Origin: Marsupella aquatica
Taxonomy: Eukaryota; Plantae; Marchantiophyta
Assembly (NCBI GenBank): GCA_973895155.1
Contig: OZ316891.1
Location: 6,233,708 to 6,297,707, forward strand
Length of the DNA: 64,000 nt
Reading direction: 5' to 3'
Positions 43,872 to 58,500 of the stretch are shown here, in pieces. Made by a program: the position numbers and the translations under genes. The notes beneath the pieces were generated by a model that worked only from the letters and a program-made list of their open reading frames with translations, was not told the origin of the DNA and made no database searches. Each line of letters starts with the position of its first letter. Position 1 is the stretch's first letter.

Positions 43872-46800
43872 ATGGCGTCTGCATCCGTGTTCTCAGAGTC
43901 TCCTGGATCCGAGATGTCCGATGTGGTGCCGACAGCTGACACCAGTAGTCACTTCTCACTTCCATTCTCCATCATACGCAGCCAACGGGCCGCAGTAAGT
44001 TCACAGAACCAGCAGCAAGCAGCTCCGGCGCCTGCTCCAGGTGGTGTTGGGAAGCGGAACTCGCTGCAGGAGAAGATTCCCACGTTCAGGTCTATGATGA
44101 GCCTGACAAGTTTGAGAGACAAGCACAGCGGAAGCCTCAAAACAAGTGGCACACTTCGTTCGGACTCTAGTCTTAGTAACGGGACGATGAAGTCCAGTCT
44201 CCCGAGGAAGTCACCGAGTAATTTGAAAGCTGTTGAAGAAGGCGCAACGTTGGTGTGGAAGGACGTGACCGTCACAATTAGCAAAAAGAGAGAAGGGGTT
44301 TCCAAAGCAGTCCAGGGGGTGACTGGGTATGCCAGACCTGGCACAGTGTTGGCGTTGATGGGGCCGCCTGATTCTGGAAATTCTATGCTACTCAGGGCGC
44401 TGGCGGGTCAGTCTGCCTTCCTTTCTCTTTATCAGGTGCTGTAGTTTCTCATTCGTAGCTTCAATTCCCCACGGAACTTGAAGTGACAATTTCCCGTAGA
44501 ACATCTGATCATAAGAATTTCTTTAGACATTAAGCTGTGAGGCGGACGAGCCAGGACAGCTGCGGAAGGAAAACTCGAGCCACTCAAACTAGAAGCGCCC
44601 ACCAGTTCAGTTGCTATCTCGAGGGAAGAAGAAGTTGTTTCGCTCTCTCGGAACGTTTCCACAGATCTTTAGATGGATTCTCTTCTCGTGAGCCCGAAAA
44701 TCCTCAAACGCTAATACTGCGCACTGAAAAATTATTTGACGGACAGCTTGTGCAGAAAGTATGGAGTGGGTTTGTGTTTGTGTGTGCTGCAGTTCTTGCT
44801 AATCTATTTGGCAGGAGAATATAGAGGCGCCAACAGTTCAGTTGCAAATTACAGAGAAGAAGAAGTTGTCTCCTTCTGTGGGATCGTTTCCAAAGATCTT
44901 TAGATGGATTCTCTTCTCGTGAGCCAGGATATCCTAAGACGTTTTAGTTGCGCACTGAATTGGGAAAATTAGTAGGACAGCTTGTGCAGAGAAAATGGAG
45001 AAGAGGTTGTGTGTTGGTATGTGCTGAAGTTCTTTCTAATCTCTTGGCAGGTAAATTACCGTTAAATGCAAGAGTTTATGGTGAAATTCTGCGAAATGGA
45101 CAGGCGGAGAAATTAAAAGATGGCACTTATGTGAGCCTTCTTCATCACTGTACCCTAATAATCATTATGGGTGCATCCCTGTGAGTTTATACAGCAGTCA
45201 CTTCACAATTTTCCGGAACCTGTGATGAAGATCGGGAAGTCTAGTTGAAAGAAGACTCGTGTTCAGACTTTGACCGAGTTTTGTGAATAGACGGTAGTAA
45301 ATTTTGTAATTTCCAGCTGGATGTATAGACAGATCAGTGCTTATTTACAGACCTAGTCCTCGTCGATTATATCTTGCTGAGCGGAACTCTTTTGCAGCCT
45401 AGGAAAGTTCTGATTTCCCTTTTGTCCTGCACACCTGCTGTGGTTGTTCTTGTTTTGAACTTGACAAAGTCATGGGTCGTATTTGCAGGCGCTTGTGATG
45501 AAGGACGAAGACCTTACTGAAACATTAACCGTTCGAGAAACACTCTTTTACACTGCTCTCCTGCAATTGCCGGACAAACTTCCATGCTCAGAGAAGATAG
45601 CACGAGTAGATACACTGCTTTTCGAGATGGATCTTGAGGGTTTGGCGGACGCCCGTATTGGGAGATGCGGCGAAAGTGGAGGTCTCTCTTTGGGGAAGCG
45701 CAGACGAGTGATCATAGCCCTGCAACTTCTTAAAAACCCCTGGTTGATCCTAATAGATGATCCAATCAGGGCGCTTGACAGGTGAGAGAACGTGTTTTCC
45801 AACGAAGATGAAATCGAAAGAAACTGGAAAGTCAATCTAGTAATAATCCGAGAGGGTAATGAGAAAGATTGAATGTAGTCTACTGGTCCATCCTCATCGC
45901 TGAAAATTTGCGAAGAGAATGGGGTAAAATTGTCGGACATCAACCAAGCTGAATTCACTGTGCATTGAGCTGTGAGTTTAGTTCATTTCAGCACCGGTGC
46001 CATTTGTCCGTTACCCTTCGCATCCTAATCCAAATTTGTGTCTTGTATAAAATGCATTTTGGGGATTCAGGGACAATAATAGCCCGCAGTCCTCTTAAAT
46101 TTAATGAGAATTTTGACAACAAGTAACCTCTGTCCCCCCTTGATGTTCTGATCTCGTTTTGAATTTATTTTCCTTGGTCAGTGGCTTCGTCAAAAGTGGA
46201 TGAACAGCAATTTCAGCTGATATGAAGAACTGTAATATGACGCAGCTTGTCAGCATTTGTTGTGATGGGAATGCTGAGGAAGCTATCAAATAATGGTTGC
46301 ACAGTCGTGGTTGCTCTGGAGCAGATGAGCAGTGATATCTTCAACCTTCTTGATAAAGTCTGCCTCCTCTCATCTGGCAAGACGATCTTCTTTGGATCTA
46401 CTTCCGCAGCCCTTGAGGTGATCATCGGACACTGAACGGGAATTCCTCTCCCGCTAGACTGACATAAAGTTACTCAGTTTCCACTTTTCTGTGCCTTTCT
46501 CTTAATTTTGTCCTAAGTAGTTTTTGATTCGGTTGGCTAGGTTGATATTATGCAGTCCCTATTTCTGATTGATATCATTCCACTGAAGATGGTACCTTGA
46601 TGGTCACTTATTAGCAATGCATTAGTAGACTGGGAATGATCTGAAATGCGAGCAGGAAAACGAAAGAGGAGACCTTACATCACTGAAGGGTGTTTTATGT
46701 TGGTTTTCCAGCATTATGCAACTGCAGGGCTGATCTGTCCATCAATGTACAATCCAGCTGACCATCTTCTTCGGGCTATCAACCCAGACTATGACAAAGT

Positions 46801-49613
46801 GAATGCCCCTTTCAGATTCGGTCAGGTGAGTCTCATTGAAAAAAAATATGGTGACACTATAGATCACCATTACGGGAAGATTCTGCTCTTCTCGCTATCG
46901 AACATTTGAATTGAAATATCGCAACGTGATTGAACGACAAGCTGAGTAACAGTTGGCTTCTGAGCTGTACTTGTGCTGTATTTGAATCTATACTGAGATA
47001 AGTTTGTTCATGTAACCAGGATTCTGAAGGTGGAGATATGTGGGGTGAAATTGACACTGCAGTAATCATACGCACTTTGGAAAGCGCTTATCAAGCTTCT
47101 GGTGATGGTGCCGTTGTTCAGTCCATGGTCACCCATCTTTCTGAAAAGGTGAGACTCGGCTATCTTACGGGTTCTATTATCACAAACTGATCTGAGTTTC
47201 ATGTAGCACAAATTAAAAACATTTTGCTGTCATATTCTCTCATGGACAGGTCAACTAGATGACATCAATTCCCTGAAATTGATGAGTCAACAGTGCTTAT
47301 GTAAAAGGGATCGTGTAGATTCGGCAGATGAAGGTAGAGAACGGGCGAGCGGTTGCGCACAACGCCAGGATCACATGATCCAAAATCTCTAAATGGGGAG
47401 CAAATGTCTTGTAAACCTTCCATCCGTCTACTTTGGAAGGTAGCTGTGACAGAGCTTAATTACTTTTCTTTCGTTTCTTTCCTCAGGAGAAGATTGTTCT
47501 CGCCGTTGAAAGAAGACCTAATCCAGTGATTCGACTTGGAGTGTTGACTTGGAGATCATTTTTGAACATGTGGCGGGACTTTAATTACTTCTGGCTACGA
47601 CTGATCCTATCAACTCTGCTCACTCTATGCATTGGCACATTGGGCTCCAGAATTGGACACTCCTCGTCTTCCATACCAGTTACATCAGCACACCCACTTT
47701 GTCATGGAGCGTAAAGTGTTTTCAATGAGGATGATTCAAAGTCGAGACACAATTCGTTTTTCAACCGTGGATTCCTACCGGCATATACACAGAATGAAAT
47801 GATCCATATACTCGTTGGTTTAGTATCTACACGCAATTCAGATGTCCTGTTATGTATGTCGATGGTTTTTTTTTTAGTAAACTGGACCTTGTGATCTGGA
47901 ATGTGCAGGCAAGAGCTGCAGCAATATTCACAATGGTAGCAACTGTGTGTCTGATGGCGGTTTCAGGATTCCCATCCGTTGCGAAAGATATTAAGGTTTG
48001 TAGTCAATCATATCGTTGAAGGACTTTGAAATTGATTGGCTATCTTGGATCTTCGTCGTGACTACGTAAAGTGACGTACAAGAACTTTCGGGTACCTCAA
48101 TTTGTTCCTCTCTAGCTAAAGGGTTCTGTCATTTTTCCAAAAATTACAGATTACTTGTCATTGCAGGTGCACTTGAATGAAAGAGAGAGTGGCTACTCCG
48201 GCGTTGTTTCATTTACTACAGCCAACTTGCTATCATCGGCGCTCTACTTGCTTCTGATATCAATTGTCTGCTCTTCGGTGGGCTATTTTTTGTTGGGTCT
48301 TCAGTCCGACTTCAGCCCTTTTGTATACTTTGTGGTCAATTTGTTCCTCTGTCTAGTCATTACTGAAGGGTTGATGCTCCTTGTGGCCTCAATAATTCCC
48401 AGATTCTTGGAAGGGCTCATTGTAGTCTTGGCGATTCAGGTAATGAATTTTCTTCGTAGAAGTTTTGCCTATAGCACGTTTAACTAGGGCTGTAACCCAT
48501 GTCATTTTCCGGTTCCTTATGTGCCAACAGAATTGTTCTCCCAAATGAAGATCACTTATCTAAGTTGTAGTGAAGATTATGGCCTGATTTAGAATATGAG
48601 AATTCGAAATTAATGTTAGAGGCGTTCAGGAAACATGCAGCTAGAGGGCCACAAGTAACAGGCACTGTTTGGTTGTTTCAGCAATAGGAGAAGATGATAT
48701 GACTATTCAATTTAAACCTAGTATCTAGAAGATGAGCTTTGTGATGGAGGATATCGTTTGGGTCGAGGACTGAGTTTAATTGCATCTTAGATCTTGGCAG
48801 TTGGTGATGGAACAGATGGGCCCAGATAAAATTATCAGAAATTAGTAATTAAGTGTAGATCCCGTTTTGCAGGTACTTATGGTTATTGTGGCAAGATATT
48901 ATCAATTTTCAGAGGAGATCCCCGTGCCAGTATGGAAATACCCTGCGTCATACATACCATTTCATGGGTATGCCGTCGAGGTAAAGTCCCTGTGTTCTAA
49001 AATTTCCTCATCGGAGCATTCATGTGTAGAATGTGTTTTTTTCTCTCAGAATCTAACCTAGCGTCTTTGACTGCTTTATGCCTCCTATTTGATATTGTTC
49101 TGGGATAATGAAAAACAACTAGCCTTTGATAAGGATCTTGCTGTCAAATGGATTAGACGCTCATTAATTTGTCCGCTATAAACAACACAGCAAATGACGG
49201 CCAATTCGATCAGTGAATTTATTCTGTAAGGATGATTGTCATACTTTGCAAGTATTAGATGTTCCTCAAAGGCGTTGCCCTGCCAGATAGACTGTTTGGC
49301 TTGTGGGACCGATTCTGGAAAGAAAGTGAATTTGTACCTATCGCCTTTCTCTTGAAGTTGTACTCTGCCCTGGAACGTACAGGGATTGCTGCAAAACGAG
49401 TACAAAGCTACATCTTTTGCGTCATCAGCAAAGCACTCGCCACCGATTTCGGGGCAGAGAGCAATCGACATGGCTTACCCTTTTCCAGTAACAACAATTG
49501 GGAAGTGGAATATCTTGGCGGTCCTTGCGGGCATGGCAGGTGGATATCGGATCCTCTTGTGCATATCCGTGGCTATATGCCAGAAATTTCGGCCACGAGT
49601 GCATTTAGAGTAG
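43872..49613 (+). CDS. ABCG3-like: Half-size ABCG transporter, ABCG3/WBC3-like, degenerate NBD, 11 exons
   Basis: Exons 43872-44406, 45051-45130, 45489-45781, 46246-46417, 46712-46825, 47020-47148, 47487-47678, 47909-47995, 48167-48439, 48873-48980 and 49383-49613. Motifs: LVWKDVTV, GVTGYARPG, TLTVRETL, NPADHLLRAIN, DTAVIIRTLESAY (ABCG3-like), RSFLNMWRD..YFWLR, WKYPASYI.FH, GLLQNEY. Confidence 0.9.
44590..45050 (+). repeat. ~236-bp tandem duplication of the 3' end of intron 1 of the ABCG3-like gene
   Basis: agatctttagatggattctcttctcgtgagcc and ggacagcttgtgcaga occur twice. Both copies end in ctaatct..ttggcag (44814 and 45050). Confidence 0.9.
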
Positions 49614-52600
49614 TAATCCTGTTGAGGAATGGAGGGAAATCCCATTCTTCATGAAACAAAACTAAAAGAGATGCGGCAGGGAAAGCGGATCATGAATGAG
49701 AGATCCATCTGCTATCAAAATGACTCAATTGAATCTTGTTGATGTGAGTGTAATTCACAAGTGGGGTGATTAGTTACGCCTGCATATGTATATATACATA
49801 GAAAGGGGGAGCTCTATTCCATTTTTCACGTAGATTACTTTCTGGTAACGTGAACACTTGCACACCGGTAGGGAACTTAGAACAAGGGGTCGGAAACCCT
49901 TTCTACGAGGATGAACTGGACAGTTTCTGTGTACTATTGTTGCGGATGGACAGGTTTTAAAAACTGACATTTTGACTTAGAACGAGAGAATTAATTTACA
50001 GTACGCGACAATTTTCAAGTGACAGTTTCGGCACCACTTTTAGGTTAGAATAAATTATCCTGAGGCTTTTTGCAAGTGATACTATCACTAAGCTAGCTTT
50101 ATTCTCAAAGATTGACCGTTTCCTGTTGACCCATGCACAACTGCGCGCAATCAATTTGTCTTCGTGAGGCTAAGGTATGAAAGATGCAAATGCGGTGGGC
50201 CCATAAGTTCTACATGGCTCAGATATATTTTGAACCGACATACACGCACCACTCCTTAGTAGGTATTGTAACTTGAAGAAAACCTCTGATAGAGGTTACA
50301 TCACTTGCCTGCTGGAAGCGATGGAGGAGGAGAGGAGAGAACAAAATTCGGGCCATGCCCTGGCCATATGGAAGTCTTTTTGTGAGGAGAAATATCATTG
50401 TGGCAGGGTGCCATAGAGGCAACGTAGCTACCAACAGTTCGATCAGCTGCTTTGGAGATATCGCTCATTCCTGAGCAAGGGGATGATAGATTACTACAGT
50501 AGAGGCAGAGGAAAGATCTATGGTCCTCGCCAGCATCATAGATACAATCGATGACAGGTTGGGAAATGTTTCTTAAGAGGGTCCTGCCTCTCAGGTCTGG
50601 ATACAGATTGCGGTCGTTTCGACGGGAACCATGTGACTTGAATCCTCAACAGTTTTAAGAGATAAAATTGATTGAAGCTTGCAGAAATGTTCTGCAATAT
50701 AATAAGTAAAATTGATGAACGTTTGGGGAAATATTTCTTTGGAGGGTCCACGTCTAAGGTCTGCTTATATTCGAGAACTATGTGACTTAAAATTCCCGAT
50801 AAGTCCTTCACAACAAGGCCGAGTGATGCGGATGCGGCACTACAGCACCACTGGTAATCACACTACAGCACCACTGGTAATCACACATCAAAATGTGGCT
50901 GCATTCATTGATTGAAAGGAAAAAACTAGGATTATCACGGTATGCACAGGTGTGGTACATAGTATATGTCATATTTTGATGTGCAATTACCGGAAATCAT
51001 GGCCAGGACGAGACCACCAAAATGAAAGAATGATGACGATGACATGACAGCATTTATGTTTTGCTGGCTTTTCTTAATGTCTTAGTCTTTCCAGGAGGGC
51101 AGGAGCATCATTACCGTATGTGAGGATTCTGTGCATACGAAGCAGGGAAGCGCTAGAAATCTCCGCTTTGATTCAGTGTCTGGGCTCTCTCAAATCATAC
51201 ACTCAAAATGGCCAAACTATGGGGGTCTCCGTAATTGCATATCGAAATATCATATATACTTTATACCAACAACAACAACAACAACACACCATTAAGGTTA
51301 GGTGGATTTTCCAGAAGATGATGAACCAGATTGCTGAGTGCAAATCTGATGAATTTTCATGCCATGGTAAAATTGGATGTTTCTGTCATCTCACCGAGTG
51401 TTGTTCATTCTATGTAATTGGCTCCTTCGTTTTTATGTGCAATTACTGGGATGCCAACTATATAAGTTAGCTCAAGGCCAGCCCAAAGAATGGGCCGCAA
51501 CACAAATTGTTTATTGCTATGAATTTTTTTACATGGCAAAATATGTATAAAGGGTACACAGCTGCAAGAGTCATCAATGACAAGACTATCCATGACTGCC
51601 TGGTTCAATTCCTGGTTGTACAAGAGGTTGGCAACGATGCAGAAAATTACACCCCGGCCACCATAACTCTCCACCTCAATTGCAACATATGCAAGAGGGA
51701 TTAGTCTTGATTACATTAATTCTAGGCAAGGGAGATTATTGTCTTGGTGACATCTGCATTCCTCCATGCTCTAATAATTTGTGCATGATATATAACTCTT
51801 GAGACACATCAATGCTCTAGATCTAAGTATATGCCCATGCACAACTCATAAAATTGAAACACCCCCTTAGGTTGACCTCATTCCCATGCTCTAACCATTT
51901 GCCCACCCAAAACTCACCTCATTCCATGTTCTAACCATTTGCCCATGCAAAACTTTAAAATTGAGATACCACCTTCTGGTTCACTAATAAGTAGTGGGAA
52001 AAGGTCACATTTGCTACTGCAGTTCATTCTCCGCACAAAGACCTGCCCAAAAGAAAGTGCAATGAATCCATCCTTAACAAGGTGTATATTACAATGGCAG
52101 TAAGGATGAAGGGCCTTAGTATATATCATGATCCTTGCCTACTATACATGGAAGTTTAGAAGTAAGGATCATTGCAAGCTTGACGAGGGGGGGGGGGGCT
52201 CACTATGTCTCGGCCCCGGTCTCGGCCATAAATCATGTCCGATAATTTGAGTCATTTATCACTCCCCTAAGTCACTTTTTATAAAGTTGTATGACACCAA
52301 TCCTGCTAGAACACATATTTATGTCTTAATATCATTTATAACTTAATAAATCTCTCTCAACAATGATTAAAGTGAACCAATACTTTATTGTACGTGATTC
52401 CATGGAAATTACCACCCCAAGATAGCAAGTACCATAGTATGTACACACTGTTCATTACTGTTTTAATTAATTAATAATTAATGTTTTCAGGATTTGTTGC
52501 CGGAACAACTCGGGTACTCCATCATTATTGCCAATGGATTTTCCCACAATCATTCCGACAATCCAAATCCATCATTGATCAAGTCATTGGTTTACAAAAA

Positions 52601-54326
52601 CTGGATAATCCAATGATTTGTTTTGTACTTTCAGGTAGTTTTGCAACGCTGGGTCAAATGAACATCGGGATCAAAATTCCTAGCCAATTCAATGACATTG
52701 GCCTGGGTCAAAATGAACAAAATGAACAAATACCTAAATAGAACAAGAAACAAGAAAAAACAAAGAAACAAAGAAGAAAATAAAGATGAAACAACCAATA
52801 AAATAGAAATATATTAAAAAATGTTCCTAGTATCATCCAACCATATTTGGACTCAGCAAAATTGCAGTTGCCGTCACTCACCTTACATCCCCACACCCTT
52901 GCCGCACAACACCATGGCCACAATGATTAGGTGAGTGGTGGACCTAGCTAGCCACCCAACGCCCTTATTATTCTCATTATGTACTCTGGCTTAATTAAGT
53001 ACCCTTGGTGCCTGAAAGCCTACATGGAACTCCACAACCAAGTAACTCGATGCCTCTCTCACCGCATGCAGCAATTCCCATACCGGCTCCTATACAGAGC
53101 CGCACTTGCTCCTTAGCATGACCGTCGCTCAATGAACTCTACTTTTTGCACATGCAAGCAACCAAACCCATTGGTAAGCTATTGGTAAGCTACCTTAGCC
53201 CAAGACATTATCTCAACTCCCAAGATCATTGTCTTGCCTCAAGCTCAATAGTCGTTAGTAAGTAGGCGGGTAAGTAGGTCAGCAGATAGAACCTCACGGC
53301 AGGCCTAGCTCTCGGGCCCGCCTGGCCTTGCCATAAGCTGAAGCTACTTAGGCCAACACCCACTATTCATATATTCAAAACTGCCCCTCTAGCGGGGGCC
53401 GCCCTAGCTTCTCCGCTTTCTATTTGTCATTGGTTGACCGCCTACCTCCAAGATATGCCCATGGCCCAAATAGCTAGCTTGTCCCGAAGCTTGTCCCAAA
53501 CTTTGGGACCAATTCGGCCCCAACTTTAGCAACCATCTCTAACTAAGGCTCTAACTCAACTGAGAGTCTAGACTTAGGGAAAAATTGCACTTGGACCTCA
53601 ACCCACGGGCCCTCAGTCTTAACTAATACATGGAGGATGTGCGAACGCTCGAAGGGTAGTTTTTATTCATTTTAAACTAATAATTATAATTATTACTGGT
53701 AATAAGGAAATTTTAATGGTAAAATGGAAATAACAAGGGGTAAACACAAAAAGGGCCCGATCGCAGGGGGGTCCACTTCTTTTACATGGAGTGAGGGCCC
53801 AGGGACCTCAACACCCATGTCTACTCTCCGTCCGCTGCTCCCCGGGTTGTCCACAAGTCTCAGAGTACCATAGAGGAGCTTGGCATTGGAGTCAGCAACG
53901 TCAAAGCTAAGTGATAGGCTAGTTGAGTTTCACAACTATATGGATGCAACAAGAATATGACCTAAATGACCACATCCTTACAATGACAACATGGGCCCAA
54001 CAATTTAAGCATGGCCACAATGACAGCATAGCCGTGACAACCGTATGGCAACAATGACCAGATGGCCACAATAAAAATGGATGACAATGCACGGGCATTG
54101 CATCATCAACAAAGGCAAGGGAGAGGGGAGGGGAGGGGAGGCCACAATGGAGGGGTTTCACCCTCCTCCTTGCGCTGGGCAACTATGCATGCCTTGGCTT
54201 CCATCGCCTATATCACACTCACCCCCATATGTTTTCTTGTGTGTGGAACAACCTCTCTATGCAACACCCAAACGAATGCAACAATTCTTATACATGACAA
54301 TGTCTTTTTCCCTAGGATATCCTTCT

Positions 54327-54644
54327 CTTGAGGGGGTCACTTCCATGGAAGTGACACATCACGTGCGATGAAATAGAGGCCAATTTAAATGGGTGTGGCG
54401 GAAGACTTCCAAAGTTTGGTGGAAGAACACATAAGGCATGTTTGATTGACTGGTCGACTTTAAAGAACATGTATGCCTATTTAATTGTAGAAGATATTTT
54501 CTTTAAAGTTTTGAGGGTAAAAAATGACAAAATTTAAAGAAAGAAAGGGTTTTGTAAAAAATATTTTTCACTTATAAGTTAAGGGGGTCAAACACTAAAA
54601 CGTCGCATGCGATGTGTGACCCTCCATATAGTGAACCCCCCAAC
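54327..54644 (-). mobile_element. MITE family A, diverged inverted copy (318 bp)
   Basis: CTTGAGGGGGTCAC...GTGAACCCCCCAAC. Internal gacacatcacgtgcgatgaaata is shared with the 8317 copy. Perfect TSD ATCCTTCT. Confidence 0.82.
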
Positions 54645-55074
54645 ATCCTTCTCACGCCAATATCTTTTGCACAACGATGTCTTATGTGTAATGCACAGGT
54701 ATTGAGCTTGTTACGGACCCCCATGAGAAGTCTCTTGCAAATTCTCTGCCACGAGGTTGCACCACATCATCACAACCAGCCACAAACAGGAATGATCCTA
54801 CTTTTAACAATGACAAACATGCACATTCCTGTTTGTGGCAAAAGTAATGTAATTTTTGGGGCGCCATGCCGTAAATATTAAATGTAAAAAAACCAAAATA
54901 CAAAGGAAGAGATGTCATTTAGTAAAATAAAGTTACCATTATGATGTTTGTCAAAGATGTATAAGTGTTTTATATCAAAATGCTTGTATTTTTTAATTGT
55001 TTGCAAGTTTGAAAAAACCAATTGATAGAAATGTACATAGTTAAAACCCCTTTGGCTTCACATTGTAAAACTAA

Positions 55075-55520
55075 ATAATCAATCTCCTTAATACTTGATA
55101 AAATCTGTCAATGTTTGATTCATTGGAAAACTCAAGATCAAGATTTAGAAACATACTTAGACCTCTCATTGGAAAGCTAGAGTAAAATAAAAAACTCATC
55201 ATCTCCTTAGTACTTGACAAAATCTATCAATGTTAGGTTCATTGGAAAGCTAGAAAATTTCAGATACTCATGATCTCTCTAATTCTTGACAAATAGTCTC
55301 AATGTCACACATTAGAAAGCTGAAGAGATTGAAAACCTCATGATCTCTCTAGTATCGTGACAAAATTTGACAATGTCGAACTCAATGTTGGAAAACGAAA
55401 AGAATTCATGAACTCATGATCAAAATTTCTTATACTCACACTCATTGGAAAGGCAAAGAAATTCAAAAACTCATTTAGAACTTTACAAAATTTGTCAATC
55501 TGAGGCTCATTGGAAACCCT
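55075..55520. repeat. Degenerate ~70-bp minisatellite (~6-7 units)
   Basis: Recurring aactcatgatctc...acttgacaaaat...tcaatgt...tcattggaaa. Confidence 0.75.
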
Positions 55521-58500
55521 TTCTCGATTAAGAGATATCACAATCTCGTCATTGTCAAAAACTTAGCCGTTGCAAATTGATTTATTTGATCACATCGTCA
55601 TCGCTTGTCCACAATGCTTGCTTCCTGACTTGAATTGTTTGCATCCCTCTAGTCTTCAACTGAAGCTCACTGTGAAGACAAGTTGATGCCAAATGCAACC
55701 TCTATGTCAAAGAAACAATTGTTGGTCTCCCCCTCACACCATAGTTTTATTAAATAAAAAAAACTACAAATCCTTCGTGTGAAGTGATGGCTCGTTCATT
55801 TTATGTGTTCTTCCCACCGAATCAAAAAGCGCTCTTTGCCAACAGCTGAGTGTTGTCCTCCAGTCTGTCTTGTGGCGGTAATGTTCAATGTAACTCACAA
55901 ATTATCAATCAAGAATGGTAAAAACACAATTTCTCCAATAATGTGTAAGCAAAAACCGTCAAAAAACTTAATTCCTCCACATTCAACCTTTTGTTTGATA
56001 AATCTCCTCTATCTTTTGAGCGTTTTCTTTTATACAAGTACACACCAACACCATTGGGAGACTCAAAATTGTCAGTCACTGCCTTGCTGAAAATTGATTT
56101 CACTTCATCATGTACACATTCCTTGGATGAACATGGGGGTCCACGGATTAATTTACTATAAGTTATGCAATAACTATTGTAAATTGAACATAATGCCATG
56201 CCTTTCAAAAAGTGCATTTCTGGCCTTTGTGGAGCTTGAGTATAGCACAAAGAAGGCCATATTTGAACTAGCCTGAATGCCCAAGTTTTTTGCTCATAAT
56301 ATACTGTGAATAAATTGTTTCATGCCCATTCCAATTTCACCCCAACCTTAGCTGTGAGTCATAGCCTAGAGGTTATTGTTAGCTTTAGATGGCTCTACAA
56401 AGTAGATAGATACTAGCAGAATTTATCATCATGGCCAATGAACTTCTATCTTCGTGTACGCCAGGCTGCTGTAATTGACATCAATTATTTGTACAACGTA
56501 GGGTAGTGGTAGAAGCATCCCAATCCACCCTTTAAGCGCTGGCTGCCTTCATTAACCACTATCCATCATGGCAAGCATCATGCCTGTCCAACAAATGTCT
56601 ATTTCATTCCTGACTGTATCTTAGGGAATTGCACACAGACAGGCAGGCACCATCAAATGCCAAAAATCAATTGAGTCGTAAGTCTCGACAGGTGACAATG
56701 TGGGGCTCTAATGACTCCACATGGCACGGTTAATGAATGCTCAGATTCACAAGGGCAAGCGCCAATCCCTGTTTGTCCTGACCACTGACCGATGAGTGGA
56801 GGCTGCCCCTTAATTTTGAACATATTCCTGGTTCACAACGAGGGTTGAGATCTCTAAGTTCCTTTGCTTGAGAGCTTGGACCAATGTAGATGCGCCCTTA
56901 CACTCAGTGTGAAGTAGAACAAGCACATACGTTGTGAAGCTAGCAAGTTCACGGGCCCCAGAGTCCCTATTGTCTCAAGCTTGGTTGACAATCTTTGCAT
57001 TATGAACATGCGTACCTTAAGGTTAAGATTCCACCTGCTGGAGGGTCAGTTGATTACAATCAGCATAATTAGTTCTGCTAGATGTCGCCTCTTGGCTTCG
57101 GAAAACAAAATTCTATGATTCTATCGGTATCAACCGGAGGATATCAAAACGCCTTTCTGCTCTTAAAATTTGTGTGAATTTGCTAGCACGTACCTTCGAT
57201 AGTTATCCCGGTGAGGACCCTTTAGCTAGAACTTTTTTACGAATAGTCAGATTCTGGACCATCTAGACAGCCACCACTGAGGACATACAGTAGACTTCAG
57301 AAAATCTTGATTGTTCATCTATTTGACACAAATACAATTTAATTGGGAGGGGCCAGAAAGAAGGCAAAATGGAATCTTGAGAGAGAAACGAGTCCCCAAA
57401 GGTCATACCAAAATTGATAGCTGAGACGCTCAAACTTTATTTTCAAACTCTTCTCTTGTTAATTCCCCCATGAATGGCGAAAACGCGCGTACTGCGTGCT
57501 CATCTAATTTTGATGTCTTGACAATAGCTAAAAAGTACCTAGCACACACAATCCACTGGCATCCAGAGCATGTCGGCTTTTACACGAGCTGCAACACCTG
57601 AAGAAAATCGTCGGCTACCTTATGTAGATGTCGAGGTTGGCAAACAGTCATTACTCGCCATTTCACTCATCACGAGTCCTGAGGCATACCCCAGCTTTGC
57701 CTTAAACCTCAGATTTAGTGAAGGAAAACGGGATGATTACAGTTGGATCAAATTTCTCCACCGCACCAGACCACCACCATTGCCCACGCTCTGGGAACCC
57801 GTGCTGTTCTCCTCCGCCAGACGTGCTGCGTCCGTGTATATGACCTCCACATGGGATCGCCCCAGCTTCCATTTCGGTGGCGACAATAATCATGATGATA
57901 CTGTTGCCACTTCTCGATTCAATAAGCAATACTTGAATTCCTCAGAAGAGAAAACTCGCCCTGTCCAATCGGTCTAATTAGGTCAAACAAACTGTACCCG
58001 TAGCATCCATTCATTCAGTCTAGGATCGATGATAGCGTTCCATCTTCTTGACGAGCAACATCTGCAGTCCTCTCGGAGGATGAGATGGTCTTGAAGTCCG
58101 AAAGTCTTCCAGAACCGTCCGGAATTGAAAGTGGCGAAGGAACCAGACCAAGATGCACCTGATACGGGCCAACTCGGTATGACTTGCATGGGAATTAGAC
58201 TTTAAGTGGCTTTCTGTTCATGTTGACCGGAGGGACTGAGGTACAGGCTGCACGCACGCTCATGTAGATCGTTGTCTGGGCGCCAAGCTGCTGAATACGG
58301 GTCACTTTCAAGCGATGGTAGCTAGCTGGGCACTCGGGGCTGGGCAAAAGCATCAAGCATGACTACCATTTCGAGTAAGAGTTCGATTTCATACTCTGAA
58401 GCTTCTACGGAACAGTCATTGGCATACTCTGGCATGGATGCACGGTCCTTCAACGAAGGACCATCTAGCTTGAGCTGTCCTTGTGTTGGCCCCCCCCTCT

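Noticed and set aside
50838-51290. 23-bp tandem duplication and (CAA)n; similar short duplications at ~15380, ~16320, ~51880, ~59185 and ~63430; poly-G runs at ~28744 and ~34420
   Set aside because: Ordinary slippage-type repeats with no further structure.
52184-53805. TIR-like G-run motifs resembling MITE family A ends, and LTR-like sequence
   Set aside because: No matching partner TIR with TSD, and no PBS, PPT or paired LTR could be established.
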